Counted from the stretch's first letter, positions 20,001 through 30,162 are shown. The stretch: 64,000 bases of DNA from Alphaproteobacteria bacterium (GCA_964291675.2 OZ219866.1:3592461-3656460), one strand, 5' to 3'. Notes: generated from the letters alone by a model not told the origin. Program-made: numbers and translations.

Positions 20001-22777
20001 GTCTCGTTGTCCTCGTCCAGCGTGTCGTCGACCGGGGTGAGGGTGAAGGCGGCGCTGCCCGAGGTCTGGCCGCCGGTCACCGTGATGTCGAAATCCGCGA
20101 CCTCGGCGAAGTCGGTCTCCTCGATCGCCGTGCCGGAGCCGACCGAGACCCGGACCGTGGTGTCCTCCGACCGGGTGGCGCCGGTGAGCGTCGCGGTCAC
20201 CGTGACCTGCCGCGCGCCGCCGCCCTCGCTCAGCGTGTCCGGCGACCAGGAGAGCGCGACCTGCGCCGTGTCGTCGTCCTGTATCGTCAGCGGCCCCTGG
20301 CCGGACGCGGTGCCGACCGCGAGATTGTCCGCCGTGCCGGAGACGGCGACGGTCTCGTCGGCCTCGTCCAGCGTGTCGTCGACCGGGGTGAGGGTGAAGC
20401 TGGCGTTGCCCGAGGTCTGGCCGCCGGTCACGGTGAGGTCGAAATCCGCGACGTCGTCGAAATCGGTCCCCTCGATCGCCGTGCCGGAGCCGACCGAGAC
20501 CCGGACGGTGACGTCCTCCGTCTGCGTGGCGCCGACCAGCGTCCCGGTCACCGTGACCTGCCGCGCGCCGCCGTCCTCGTCCAGCGTGCTCGGCGTCCAG
20601 GAGAGCCTCAGCCCCAGCGTCGTGTCGTCGTCCTGAATGGTCAGCGGCCCCTGGCCGGACGCGGTGCCGACCGCGAGGCCTCCCGCCGCGCCGGAGATGG
20701 CGACCGTCTCGTCGCCCTCCTCGTGCGTGTCGTCGACCGGGGTGAGGGTGAAGCTGGCGCTGCCCGAGGCCTGGCCGCCGGTCACCGTGATGTCGAAATC
20801 CGCGACCTCGTTGAAGTCGGTCCCCTCGATCGCCGTGCCGGAGCCGACCGAGATCCGGACCGTGGTGTCCCCCGGCCGGGTGGCGCCGGTCAAGGTCGCG
20901 GTCACCGTGACCTGCCGCGCGCCGCCGTCCTCGTCCAGCGTGTCCGGCGTCCAGGAGAGCTCGACCCGCGCCGTGTCGTCGTCCTCGATGGTCAGCGCGG
21001 CCTGGCCGGACGCGGTGCCGACTTCGAGACCGCCGGCGTCGCCGGCGATGGCGACGGTCTCGTTGTCCTCGTCCAGCGTGTCGTCGACCGGGGTGAGGGT
21101 GAAGCTGGCGCTGCTCGAGGTCTGGCCGCTCGCCACCGTGATGTCGAAATCCGCGACCTCGGCGAAGTCGGTCCCCTCGATCGCCGTGCCGGAGTCGACC
21201 GAGACCCGGACGGTGGTGTCCTCCGGCCGGGTGGCGCCGGTCAAGGTCGCGGTCACCGTGACCTGCCGCGCGCCGCCGCCCTCGTCCAGCGTGTCCGGCG
21301 TCCAGGAGAGCGCGACCCGCGCCGTGTCGTCGTCCGCGATGGTCAGCGCAGCCTGACCGGACGCGGTGCCGACTTCGAGACCGCTGGCGGCGCCGGAGAT
21401 GGCGACGGTCTCGTTGTCCTCGTCCAGCGTGTCGTCGACCGGGGTGAGGCTGAAGCTGGCGCTGCCCGAGGTCTGGCCGCCGGTCACCGTCAGGTTGAAA
21501 TCCGCGACCTCGGCGAAGTCGGTCCCCTCGATCGCCGTGCCGGAGCCGACCGAGACCCGGACCGTGGTGTCCTCCGGCCGGGTGGCGCCGACCATCGTCC
21601 CGGTCACCGTGACCTGCCGCGCGCCGCCGTCCTCGTCCAGCGTGTCCGGCGACCAGGAGAGATCCACCCGGGGTATGTCGTCGTCCTGTATGGTGAGCGG
21701 GCCCTGGCCGCTGGCGGTCCGGACCTCGAGGTCGTCCTCCGCGCCGGTGATGGAGACCGTCTCGTCGTCCTCTTCCAGCGTGTCGTCGACCGGGGTGAGG
21801 GTGAAGCTGGCGCTGCCCGAGGTCTGGCCGGCGGTCACGTTCAGGTCGAAATCCGCGACCTCGTCGAAATCGGTCCCTGCGATCGCCGTGCCGGAGCCGA
21901 CCGAGACCCGGATTGTGGTGTCGTGCGCCCGCGCGCCGTCGATCATGGTCGCGGTCACCGTGATCTGCCGCGCGCCGCCGCCCTCCTCCACCGCGCTCGG
22001 CGACCAGGAGAGCCTCACCCGGCTGGGGATGCAGAGCACAGCGGAGAGCCCGTAGAGATGCTTGGCGTTGTCGTTCTCGTAGAGGCTGCCTCCGGAGTAA
22101 ATCCCCGAATTGTACCAGGGGCGTCCGATGGAGACGTGACGTTGGCCCAGGGCCCGGCTCACGCCGTCCTGGACATTCTCGGTGCCGTTGGCCGTGCTCC
22201 CGGTCCAGACATGGACATTCTGCAGCTCGTAGACCAGGTCGCCGCGCTCGTTCCTGGCGATGAAGCTGTCCCAGCTTCCGTCGTAGAAGTCCTCATAGTC
22301 GTCGGCGATCCTGTGGCCGTTGAGCCAGTAGATCGGGACGCCCTTGTCTTCGTCCGTGTAGGTGGAGACCGTGTTGTCCCGCGCGTCGACCAGCGTGGTG
22401 CTCGCCACCGCGTTGAACTTCTTCCAGTAGCTGCGGATCGACCTGTGTCCGAACCACTTCATGTCGAGCCTTACCCTCCCGTTGTACCACAATATGTCGG
22501 ATCGCGTACCCGGCACGGTGGTTCTGGAGGTGATGAACATCAGCCGGAAGCTGTCGCCCCTGCCGATCGCGGACGGTTTCAGCGGCCAATCGAGCGGGAA
22601 CTCGATGCACGCCTGCGCGGGCGCGTGTCCGGCGGCGGCGAGAACGGCGGGCGCCAGCACCAGGAGCAGCGCCAGACGCCTGCCCCATGCCCGCCGACAT
22701 CCACCGGGACGAACGCCGCCGCGCGTGGCGCCGTGTGAGACTGCTGCGCCGCCGAACCCGAACCGAAGCCTCCCCAT
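17075..22777 (-). CDS. 1900-aa Calx-beta-repeat surface protein with C-terminal autotransporter-like beta-barrel
   Basis: Signal peptide (...APAQA); nine ~117-aa repeats plus one divergent Calx-beta; barrel-like C-terminus ending in Trp. Confidence 0.88.
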   Translation of the reverse strand: MGRLRFGFGGAAVSHGATRGGVRPGGCRRAWGRRLALLLVLAPAVLAAAGHAPAQACIEFPLDWPLKPSAIGRGDSFRLMFITSRTTVPGTRSDILWYNGRVRLDMKWFGHRSIRSYWKKFNAVASTTLVDARDNTVSTYTDEDKGVPIYWLNGHRIADDYEDFYDGSWDSFIARNERGDLVYELQNVHVWTGSTANGTENVQDGVSRALGQRHVSIGRPWYNSGIYSGGSLYENDNAKHLYGLSAVLCIPSRVRLSWSPSAVEEGGGARQITVTATMIDGARAHDTTIRVSVGSGTAIAGTDFDEVADFDLNVTAGQTSGSASFTLTPVDDTLEEDDETVSITGAEDDLEVRTASGQGPLTIQDDDIPRVDLSWSPDTLDEDGGARQVTVTGTMVGATRPEDTTVRVSVGSGTAIEGTDFAEVADFNLTVTGGQTSGSASFSLTPVDDTLDEDNETVAISGAASGLEVGTASGQAALTIADDDTARVALSWTPDTLDEGGGARQVTVTATLTGATRPEDTTVRVSVDSGTAIEGTDFAEVADFDITVASGQTSSSASFTLTPVDDTLDEDNETVAIAGDAGGLEVGTASGQAALTIEDDDTARVELSWTPDTLDEDGGARQVTVTATLTGATRPGDTTVRISVGSGTAIEGTDFNEVADFDITVTGGQASGSASFTLTPVDDTHEEGDETVAISGAAGGLAVGTASGQGPLTIQDDDTTLGLRLSWTPSTLDEDGGARQVTVTGTLVGATQTEDVTVRVSVGSGTAIEGTDFDDVADFDLTVTGGQTSGNASFTLTPVDDTLDEADETVAVSGTADNLAVGTASGQGPLTIQDDDTAQVALSWSPDTLSEGGGARQVTVTATLTGATRSEDTTVRVSVGSGTAIEETDFAEVADFDITVTGGQTSGSAAFTLTPVDDTLDEDNETVAIAGTADGLAVGTVSGQAALTIEDDDTAQVELSWSPDTLDEGGGAQQVTVTATLTGATLPEDVTVRVSVGSGTAIEGTDFAEVADFDITVTGGQASGSASVTLAPVDDTLEEGDETVAISGAAGGLPVGTASGQGPLTIQDDDTALGLRLSWSPSTLDEGGGAQQVTVTGTLVGATQTENVTVRVSVGSGTAIEGTDFAEVADFDLTVTAGQASGSASFTLTPVDDTLEEADETVAIAGTTDNLAVGTASGQGPLTIQDDDTTLGLRLSWSPDTLDEGGGAQRVTVTGTLVGAARSEDTTVRVSVGSGTAIEGTDFDEVADFDLTVTAGQASGSATFTLTPVDDTLVEDDETVSISGTSANLAVGTASGQGPLTIQDDDLVPELALSLAPNTPDEAAFSVADAETREAPGATLGFVVTLSQSRTVATTVEYATGDGSATAGEDYVAASGTLDFAAGVTSRVVQVPVLDDVQHEHRETMTFTLSNPSPGARIVDGVATGTIEDRDSLLRVWIVRFGRMVGSQIVEALADRFERSGSHVTMGGARVGGTPESSGPRAPEPDARLGRDEENEPRRSTGTATMREFLRGSSFHAASAGDPGDGAAFAAWGNVAVGDWIDERSDGVDLDSAAVTGLIGVDLAWSRTLAGVLVSLSKGEGTYSAKTDMVRPRGDLQGHLTGAYPYLRFRLGEGLSAWGTAGAARGEVSLRPEGMPAFRADLRMQMGAAGLEGAILEPSGPLGTEVTLKSDAMWMRIQSDATAHLRREEGEATQVRLSVESESAVRVAEGATLTPSVEMGLRYDGADARDGLGVEIGAGLRFAANRISASGRVETLALRGRSGYREWRAGGSFHVAPDDSGRGVSLTMTPSWGPAPGGLGRLRSARDAAALAADAGIRPEGRLDGEIGYGLPAFGSRFTATPRLGFGLSRTGRDYSIGWTLSPARPARMSFDLGLEATRRRAANDNRAAHGFMLRSRLSW
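18860..22020 (-). repeat. Nine tandem 351/354-bp Calx-beta coding repeats
   Basis: LSW(S/T)P...GSGTAIEGTDF...LTPVDDTL...LTIxDDD repeated 9 times, near-identical at DNA level. Confidence 0.9.
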
Positions 22778-22965
22778 ATCGGCGTCTCCCCAACACCGTC
22801 AGATATCAGACATAACAATTTATGAATACTAAGACAACCAAAAGTAATCGCAGGCGAGCGTGCGCGAGGCGTCCACACAGGATTGTGAAGGATTCCCGGG
22901 ACGCCGGCGGGTTGGGCCGGGTTCGGCCGGCTTCAGCGAAACGCGCGGCCGAAGCGACCGGCGCT

Positions 22966-23883
22966 TCACCCCGCCGGGCGGCGCCGCAGCGTACCGGCGG
23001 GGACGGTTGCGAGGTAGATGCCGCCGAGCACCAGGAGGCCGCCCGCCGCGTGGTACCAGGCGATGGCCTCGCCGAGGAAGACGACGGCGAGCAGGGCGCT
23101 GAACACCGGGTACAGGTTGCCGAAATAGCCGGCGCTCGCGGAGCCGACGCGGATGACGCCGGCGTTGTAGAGGCTGAAGGCGATGACGCTCGCGAACAGC
23201 CCGAGATAGCCGACCATGAGCAGCGTGTCCCGGTCGAAGCGCATCGCGCCGCCGAGCGCGATCTCGACCGCGTAGATCGGTAGCAAAGCGAGCCAGCCGA
23301 GCCCCATCGAGGCCGTCACCAGGGCCATGATGTCCATCTCGGGCGGCTTGTAGCGCAGCATGAAGGTCTGCACCGCCCAGCACAGCACGGCGGCGAGGCA
23401 CCAGAAATCGCCCGGGTTGAGCCGAAGCGTCCGCAGCACCGCGACATCGCCGTGGACGACGACCAGCGCCGCGCCGCCGATCGACAGGACGAGGCCGCCC
23501 ACCTGCCGCCCGGTGATGCCGGTGCCGGCGTAGACCGCGCCGAGGACGAGGATCATCAGCGGCAGGAGGGCGGCGATCAGCGAGCCCTGGACGGCGGTCG
23601 TGCTCTGCAGCCCGACATAGAAGAAGGCGTTGAAGAAGGTCACCCCGGACAGGCCCAGACCGAGGCAATAGACCCGGTGGCGCCAGAGCAGCGCGCGCTG
23701 GCGCCACAGTGTGCGGGCGGTCAGCGGCGCGAGGATCGCGAAGGCCACCGTCCAGCGCCAGAAATTCACCCCGATCGGCGGCAGCTCGGCGGTCATCGCG
23801 TAGCGGCCGATCGTGGCGTTGCCGCCCCAGAACAGCATCGCGACCACGATAAAGGCGGCGCCGAGCAGCGCGTTCCGTTTCAT
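22966..23883 (-). CDS. DMT/EamA family transporter
   Basis: About 10 hydrophobic segments; FWGGN and NLYPVFSALLAVVFLGE motifs. Confidence 0.9.
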   Translation of the reverse strand: MKRNALLGAAFIVVAMLFWGGNATIGRYAMTAELPPIGVNFWRWTVAFAILAPLTARTLWRQRALLWRHRVYCLGLGLSGVTFFNAFFYVGLQSTTAVQGSLIAALLPLMILVLGAVYAGTGITGRQVGGLVLSIGGAALVVVHGDVAVLRTLRLNPGDFWCLAAVLCWAVQTFMLRYKPPEMDIMALVTASMGLGWLALLPIYAVEIALGGAMRFDRDTLLMVGYLGLFASVIAFSLYNAGVIRVGSASAGYFGNLYPVFSALLAVVFLGEAIAWYHAAGGLLVLGGIYLATVPAGTLRRRPAG

Positions 23884-24472
23884 GACGCAGCTTCGCGGCC
23901 CGGTTCCGCGCCTTCCGGTTCGTCAGGGGGTACAGGCCGGCCACCCGGTCCTGTCGTCGTGGCTTCTTCGAGCAATCTATCCGGGTTCCACAGCGGGTCC
24001 AATGCACGGCCCGCTCGCCCGTCTGCACGGCGCCCGCACCGTCAATGGGGAGCCGCGGGCGCTCCGCATCCGCGCCGCCGCGGTCCGTCCGGTCCGGTGC
24101 GACCTTCTATCGCAACGCCACGCGGCGAAGCGGGCAGGCCCGGCGCCGGCCGAGCGGCCTCCAGGCCATGGCGGGCAAGGGTTTAGGAGGAAATTTCGGC
24201 GCGGTCCGCCGGTCGCATCGCGATCTCCCCGAAGGCACGCCGCCCCGGCCGAACACAATAATTTGTTCGGAGGCCGATAACTATTCCTCATATACGGCGC
24301 CCGTTGTGACTCGACGCCTGAAACAGACTTTTCGTGGCTGTTCGTCGTCCGAACTCGCTGGCGGGTTCGCCTCGACGCAGCCTCGCAATCGTCCGTCCGG
24401 CAGGACGATCGCTCTTCGATCGACGGTCCGGACACCGCAGGCGGCGAGCCGTTTTTTGGAGGTAGTTGCATC

Positions 24473-27400
24473 ATGCGTGGGCTGAAGGGCCGAGTCTCAG
24501 GAGTTGCGAATCGTGCACCGGGGAACGCCGCTGCGCGGCGCCGGGGCGGCGGCGCGTTGCGGAAGTCGCCCACGGCGGCGGTTCTGCTGATTTCGGCGTC
24601 CATCGCGTGGGTCGCCCCGGCGGAGGCCCAGAACGCCGCTCCGGTCTTCGGCAGCGGCGCGGAGACGCGGAGCTTCAGGGAGACGCCCCCCGACAGACAG
24701 GAGACCCAGGCCCGCCCGGTGGGCGCGCCGGTGGTCGCGACGGATGCGGATGGCCACGCGATTGCCTACAGCCTCGAGGGATCGCACGCGTCCGCGTTCG
24801 CGATCGACGGGACAACCGGTCAGATCAGCACCAGGACCGGCCGCTCCTACAGGATCACCGACAGCTCCAGATATTCGGTGACGGTCAAGGCGGCGGACGG
24901 CCAGGGCGGCGAGGCGACGGTACCGGTCACGATCCGCGTAACCGAGCTGAAGCCACCGGAGGTCCGGGGCAGGCCCCGGGTGGGCGGCGCCGGCCGCAGC
25001 GCCCGCTGGGGCTATCGCGACACCGTCGAGGTGACGCTGACCTTCAGCGAGGCGGTGGATGTGGACACGAGCGGCGGCAGGCCGACGATCGTCATCCGGC
25101 TCGGGGGCTTCACCAACCGGGTGCGCAGCGCCCGCTACCTGAGCGGCAGCGGGACGACGGAGCTGGTCTTCGGCTACACGCTCGCGCGGAGAGACCGCAG
25201 ACACTCCACGATCTATGTGCAGCACAACAGCCTGGCGCTGAGCGGAGGGATCATCCGCAGCTCGGAGAGCGGATTGCCTGCCGTGCTGAGTCACCTGCAC
25301 CGGACGGCGCGGGCCAGCTCGACGTCCGGCGCGGCAGCGACGGCGAGCCTTCGGAACGTGCCGAGCAGCCATGACGGGGAGACGGCGTTCACCATGCGCG
25401 TCAATTTCAGCGGCGCGCCCGCGGGGCTCTCGCCGGCTACGGACGCGGCCTCGGTGCTGGAGCTGACCGGGGGGAGCGTGACCAGCGCACGGCAGGCGCC
25501 CGGTGGCGGGAGCAATGCCTGGGAGGTGACGGTCACGCCGGACGGCGTCGCAGACGTGGCGATACGGCTCCCGGCGCGGCGCTGCGCGGAGCCGCACGCG
25601 GTCTGCATCGGCGGCCAGCGGCTCCGCGAGGCGGTCATGGCGAGCGTGCGGGGGCCGGCGATCACGGCGTCCTTCCCGTGGTCGAAATCCGAGCATAACG
25701 GTTCGAGGCGCTTCCGGGCTCATTTCGAGTTCAGCCACGAGCCGCGGAGTTTCAGCTTCGTCACGGTGCGCGACGCGCTGTTCGACGTCGAGGGCGGGCG
25801 AATCGTGAAGGCGCGCCGGCTCAGGCGCGGCCGCAGCCTGCGGTGGGAGGTAACCGTTGACCCGGCCGGGGTCGGCGACGTGACGTTGACGGCGCGCGCG
25901 ACGACCGACTGCGCGGCGGCGCACGCCGTCTGCGACGCGCAGGGGCGGAAGTTCGGCGGCGGGACCAGCCTGACGATCCCCGGGCCGCCCAGCCTCTCGG
26001 TGGCGAACGCGACGGCGGCGGAGGCGGCGGGCGCGACCCTGGACTTCGTCGTGACGCTGAATCGGCAGCTTTCGCGGCGGGTATGGGTCAACTACTCGAC
26101 GTCCAACGGCACCGCCCGGGCCGGGTCGGACTACACCGCGGTCTCGGGGAGGCTCGCCTTCCGGGCGTACGAGACCCGGAAGACGGTTTCGGTGCCGGTG
26201 CGGAACGACAGCCACAACGAATCTTCGGAGACCATGACCCTCACCCTCGCGAACCCGTACCCGTCGCGGGTGAGGCTGGCGGATGCGACCGCGACCGGGA
26301 CGATCACCAACACCGATCCCATGCCCCAGGCGTGGATGGCGCGCTTCGGGCGGACGGTGGCGGACCAGGCGCTGGCCGCGGTGGAGGGGCGCATGCGGGC
26401 CGCCCGGCAGCCGGGCTCGGAGGTCAATCTCGCGGGCGAACGGCTCGGAGCCGTTGCCGACGCGCCGTCCGGGGCCGCCGGCGATCCGGCGATCGGGTCG
26501 GGCCTGGAGCAAGGCTTCGGTGCGCCGACCGGGTCGAAGCAAACGATACGGACGATGGCCGGGCGCGAGCTGCTGCTCGGCTCGTCCTTCTCGCTGGCGG
26601 CGGAGAGCGCGGGCGAGGGCTCCGTGTCGCTCTGGGGCCGGGGCGCGGTGACGCGCTTCGACGGCCGCGAGGGCACGCTGACGCTCGAAGGCGAGGTGGC
26701 GAGCGCGCTTTTCGGGACCGACTGGTCGCGGGGGCGCTGGACCACCGGGCTTCTGCTCTCGCACAGCCTGGGCGAGGGCGGCTACCGCGACGGCGCGGAC
26801 GACGGCACGGTGTCGGCGACGGCGACCGGGATCTGGCCGTGGCTGCGTCATGCGCTGAGCGAGCGGCTGGAGGTCTGGGGCATGGCGGGCTTCGGCGGGG
26901 GCGGGCTGACGCTCAAGCCCGGCGGCAGTCCGGCGCTTCGGACCGACCACGACCTGTGGATGGCGGCGACGGGTCTGCGCGGAGCCCTGCACGAGGGCGG
27001 CAAGGACGGGCCGACGCTGACCGGGAAGACGGACGCCATGATCGTGTCCAGCTCGACGGACGCGGTGTCCGGCGCGCGCGGCGGCAACCTGGCGGCGGCG
27101 GAGGCCGAGGTGACGCGGCTGCGTCTCGGGCTGGAGGGCGCGCTGCCGGTGGTGCTGGCGCCTGGCTCGGTTGTGACGCCGGACTTCGAGATCGGGATGC
27201 GTCATGACGGAGGCGACGCCGAGACCGGGTTCGGGGCGGATATCGGCGCGGGGCTGACCGCGGTATATCCGCGGCGCGGCCTGTCGGCGGAGTTGCGCGG
27301 GCGCGGGCTGCTGACCCACGAAGCGCAGGGCTTCCGGGAGCGCAGCCTGTCGGGCTCGATTTCCTGGGACCCGGTATCGGGCGATCGGGGGCCGAAGCTG

Positions 27401-27763
27401 AGCCTGACGCAGACCTTCGGCGGTCCGTCCTCGGGCGGCGCCGAGGCGCTGCTCCGAGGCGCCACGCCGGCGGGTCTTGCCGGGAACGACGATGGCGACC
27501 TCGACAGAAGCCGGCTGGACGCGACGTTCGGCTACGGTTTGTCGGCGTTCGGCGGCCGCTTCACCTGGATACCGGAAGGCGGCATCGGTCTGTCGGACAC
27601 CGGGCGGAGCTACAGCACGGGCTGGCGGCTGGTGAACGACGGGCCGGGGGCGTCCGAAGGCGCCTCGTTCAGCCTGTCCTTCGAGGTCCGGCGGCGCGAG
27701 GACGCCGCCGACGATCCGCCGCGGGAGCACGAGGTCGACCTTCGGCTGACGGCCATTTACTGA
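24473..27763 (+). CDS. Autotransporter-like adhesin with cadherin-like, Ig-like and Calx-beta domains
   Basis: Signal peptide (...PAEAQ); NAAPVF...ATDADG cadherin motif; Calx-beta GTARAGSDY; AWMARFGRTV linker; barrel ending in Tyr. Confidence 0.85.
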   Translation: MRGLKGRVSGVANRAPGNAAARRRGGGALRKSPTAAVLLISASIAWVAPAEAQNAAPVFGSGAETRSFRETPPDRQETQARPVGAPVVATDADGHAIAYSLEGSHASAFAIDGTTGQISTRTGRSYRITDSSRYSVTVKAADGQGGEATVPVTIRVTELKPPEVRGRPRVGGAGRSARWGYRDTVEVTLTFSEAVDVDTSGGRPTIVIRLGGFTNRVRSARYLSGSGTTELVFGYTLARRDRRHSTIYVQHNSLALSGGIIRSSESGLPAVLSHLHRTARASSTSGAAATASLRNVPSSHDGETAFTMRVNFSGAPAGLSPATDAASVLELTGGSVTSARQAPGGGSNAWEVTVTPDGVADVAIRLPARRCAEPHAVCIGGQRLREAVMASVRGPAITASFPWSKSEHNGSRRFRAHFEFSHEPRSFSFVTVRDALFDVEGGRIVKARRLRRGRSLRWEVTVDPAGVGDVTLTARATTDCAAAHAVCDAQGRKFGGGTSLTIPGPPSLSVANATAAEAAGATLDFVVTLNRQLSRRVWVNYSTSNGTARAGSDYTAVSGRLAFRAYETRKTVSVPVRNDSHNESSETMTLTLANPYPSRVRLADATATGTITNTDPMPQAWMARFGRTVADQALAAVEGRMRAARQPGSEVNLAGERLGAVADAPSGAAGDPAIGSGLEQGFGAPTGSKQTIRTMAGRELLLGSSFSLAAESAGEGSVSLWGRGAVTRFDGREGTLTLEGEVASALFGTDWSRGRWTTGLLLSHSLGEGGYRDGADDGTVSATATGIWPWLRHALSERLEVWGMAGFGGGGLTLKPGGSPALRTDHDLWMAATGLRGALHEGGKDGPTLTGKTDAMIVSSSTDAVSGARGGNLAAAEAEVTRLRLGLEGALPVVLAPGSVVTPDFEIGMRHDGGDAETGFGADIGAGLTAVYPRRGLSAELRGRGLLTHEAQGFRERSLSGSISWDPVSGDRGPKLSLTQTFGGPSSGGAEALLRGATPAGLAGNDDGDLDRSRLDATFGYGLSAFGGRFTWIPEGGIGLSDTGRSYSTGWRLVNDGPGASEGASFSLSFEVRRREDAADDPPREHEVDLRLTAIY

Positions 27764-27797
27764 GCGGCGGCGTGCCCCGGTCGCCGAGCCGGCGCGC

Positions 27798-28973
27798 CTA
27801 CTGCGCGGCCGTGGCGGCGATCGGGGCCTCCCCGAGATGGCGGAGCCTGGGCATGACCTCTTTGGCGAACAGGGTCATGCTCTTCTCCGTCAGCTCGCCC
27901 GGCAGGGTGCCGAACTGGAGCATGCAGACGAGGTTGCCGTAGCCCATCTCGTCGAAGCGCCGGGCGAGGATCTCGCTCACCGTCTCCGGGCTGCCGCAGA
28001 CGAACATGCCGTTGCCGGTCAGCGCCTCGTGGCTGAGGAACTGCTCGCGCACCTTGAACTTGGTCTCCATGACGTATTTGTAGGACGCCATCGAGGAGTA
28101 GCCCGGCGGCAGCTTGTACTCCGCCGGCGAGTTGATGAACTTGTTGAAGAACACCTCGATATGGTTCGCCGCCTCGCGGTTGGCGGCCTCGTCGGTCTCC
28201 GCGACGTAGATCGGCAGCGCCCAGCCGAGCTGGTCCGGGCTGCATTCGTAGCCGTAGGTCTCGCACTGGCGGGCATAGGCGTCGAGATTGCGCTTCACCG
28301 CCTCGGCCGGGTTGAAGGTGATCAGATAGGTGTATTTACGGTCCGGGTGGGCGGCCCATTCATAGGTCTCGCGCGAGCCCTGGGAGGGAATCCAGATCGG
28401 CGGGTGCGGCGTCTGGTAGGGCCGGGGCCAGATATTGACGTAGCGGTAGCGGTAGTGCCTGCCGTCGAAGGCGAAGGGGCCGGTCTCGCTCCACGCCCGG
28501 ACGATCAGGTCGTGCGCCTCGTGGAAGCGGGCGTGGCTGAACGAGGGGTTCGCCATCGAGGCGTGGTACTCGGTGCCCAGCCCGCGCACGAAGCCGGCGA
28601 TGAAGCGCCCCTCCGCCAGATTGTCGAGCATCGCGAACTCTTCGGCGATGGAGAGCGGGTTGTCGGTGATCGGCAGCGCCCGGCCGAGCACGCAGATCTT
28701 CGCGTTCCTGACGCTGCGGGTGAGCGCGCCGGCCAGCAGGTTGGGCGCCGGCATCAGCCCGTAGGCGGTCTGGTGGTGCTCGTTGACGCACACCCCGTCG
28801 AAGCCGAGCCGGTCCGCGAGCTCCAATTCGTCGAGATAGCGGTGGTAGAGCGCCGATCCCTTCTTCGGGTCGTAGTAGCTGTTGGGGAGCGTCAGATAGG
28901 CGCCCGGATAGGTCTTGTCGTAGTCGAGGTCGAGATGCGCATAGGGCATCAGGTGGAAGAAGAAGAACTTCAT
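27798..28973 (-). CDS. LLM-class (luciferase-like) flavin-dependent oxidoreductase
   Basis: NEHHQTAYG, AEEFAMLD and PRPYQTPHPPIW motifs; start MKFFFFH overlaps the upstream stop. Confidence 0.9.
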   Translation of the reverse strand: MKFFFFHLMPYAHLDLDYDKTYPGAYLTLPNSYYDPKKGSALYHRYLDELELADRLGFDGVCVNEHHQTAYGLMPAPNLLAGALTRSVRNAKICVLGRALPITDNPLSIAEEFAMLDNLAEGRFIAGFVRGLGTEYHASMANPSFSHARFHEAHDLIVRAWSETGPFAFDGRHYRYRYVNIWPRPYQTPHPPIWIPSQGSRETYEWAAHPDRKYTYLITFNPAEAVKRNLDAYARQCETYGYECSPDQLGWALPIYVAETDEAANREAANHIEVFFNKFINSPAEYKLPPGYSSMASYKYVMETKFKVREQFLSHEALTGNGMFVCGSPETVSEILARRFDEMGYGNLVCMLQFGTLPGELTEKSMTLFAKEVMPRLRHLGEAPIAATAAQ

Positions 28974-29752
28974 GCGGCTTGCTCCGCGATGGCGGCGACG
29001 GCGTCGAGAAACGCGTCGGTCTTTTCCTGGTGCGGCAGGTGGCCGCATTGCGGGACGATGCGGAGCTCCGAGCCCGGGATCGACGCCGCATAGGCCTCGC
29101 CATAGGCGGGCGGAAAAATCCTGTCCTCGGCGCCCCAGACGATCATCGTCGGAATCCGGATGCGGTGCAGCCATTTCGGCAAATCCGGGTTGCAGAAGCG
29201 CGGGTTCCAGGCGAGCCGCGAGGTGGTGAAGTAGTTTTTTAGCGCGATGTCCGCCTCCTCCTCGCTCGGGTTCCGGGCGAGCCGGGCGTCCGCGAGCGAC
29301 TGGTCGCAATAGACGTTGCGCACCCGGTCTTCGGGGCTCCACAGGAAGAGGTCGCCCATCGGCACGCCGTCCACCGGGATGCCGGCCGCCCCCACCAGCG
29401 TGAGCGAGCGCATCGAACGGGTCGATCGCACCGCGATCTCGCAGGCGAGCCAGCCGCCGAGCGAATTGCCGACGACATGGACGTCATGGAGCCCCAGCGC
29501 CTCGAACGCATCGAGGTAGAAATAGGCGAGGTCCGACATGGAATCGAGCCACTCGGGCGTGTCCGACCGGCCGAAACCGGGATGGCTCGGCACCGTCACC
29601 GCGAAGCGCTCGGCGAGGCGGTCCATATAGGGCGCCCAGTCGCTCGCCCCGCCGGCGCCGTGCAGGAACACCAGCCCCGGACCCGACCCGCCGCGCAGCA
29701 CCTCGATCGCGCAGCCGCCGACATCGACCGTTTCGCGCACATGATCGACCAT
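28970..29752 (-). CDS. Alpha/beta hydrolase
   Basis: FLHGAGG, nucleophile elbow GNSLGG, WGAED and CGHLPH. Confidence 0.9.
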   Translation of the reverse strand: MVDHVRETVDVGGCAIEVLRGGSGPGLVFLHGAGGASDWAPYMDRLAERFAVTVPSHPGFGRSDTPEWLDSMSDLAYFYLDAFEALGLHDVHVVGNSLGGWLACEIAVRSTRSMRSLTLVGAAGIPVDGVPMGDLFLWSPEDRVRNVYCDQSLADARLARNPSEEEADIALKNYFTTSRLAWNPRFCNPDLPKWLHRIRIPTMIVWGAEDRIFPPAYGEAYAASIPGSELRIVPQCGHLPHQEKTDAFLDAVAAIAEQAA

Positions 29753-29886
29753 GCCCGGATTGTTGTGAGGCACCGCCGGCGCGTCAACGTCCCCCCGGCC
29801 GTGTCACGCCTCGCCGAAGAAAGACCGGCGACTCGACCGGCACGATCGTGGTGCACCGCCATCCGGGTTCGACTGCATTGCTATCG

Positions 29887-29904
29887 ATGCTTAATTTTAA
29901 GCAT
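29887..29904. promoter_or_regulatory. Perfect inverted repeat ATGCTTAA-TT-TTAAGCAT, probable FitA operator
   Basis: AT-rich palindrome 15 nt upstream of the fitA-like start codon. Confidence 0.65.
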
Positions 29905-29919
29905 TCGGAGGAACCCGAC

Positions 29920-30162
29920 ATGGCAAGCATCACCATTCGCAACCTGGATGACGGGGTAAAGCGCCGCCTGCGCGTGCGCGCCGCGGAGAACGGCCGGTCG
30001 ATGGAGGAGGAGGCCCGCGACATCCTGCGCCGCGCCGTCGGCGAGCCGGTGCCGCCGAAGGATCTGGGCCGCGCCATCCACGCCCGCTTCGCCGCGCTCG
30101 GCGGGGTGGAGCTCGTGCTTCCCGAACGCGGGCCGATGCGACAGCCGCCCGCGTTCGGGTGA
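29920..30162 (+). CDS. FitA-like ribbon-helix-helix antitoxin
   Basis: MASITIRNLDD...RAAENGRSMEEEAR signature; GGAGG RBS. Confidence 0.9.
   Translation: MASITIRNLDDGVKRRLRVRAAENGRSMEEEARDILRRAVGEPVPPKDLGRAIHARFAALGGVELVLPERGPMRQPPAFG

Noticed and set aside
17108-22738. 1876-aa plus-strand ORF and similar long antisense ORFs (e.g. 24497-27730, 458-3037, 57199-59223)
   Set aside because: Shadow frames of real high-GC genes; Arg/Gly-rich with no motifs
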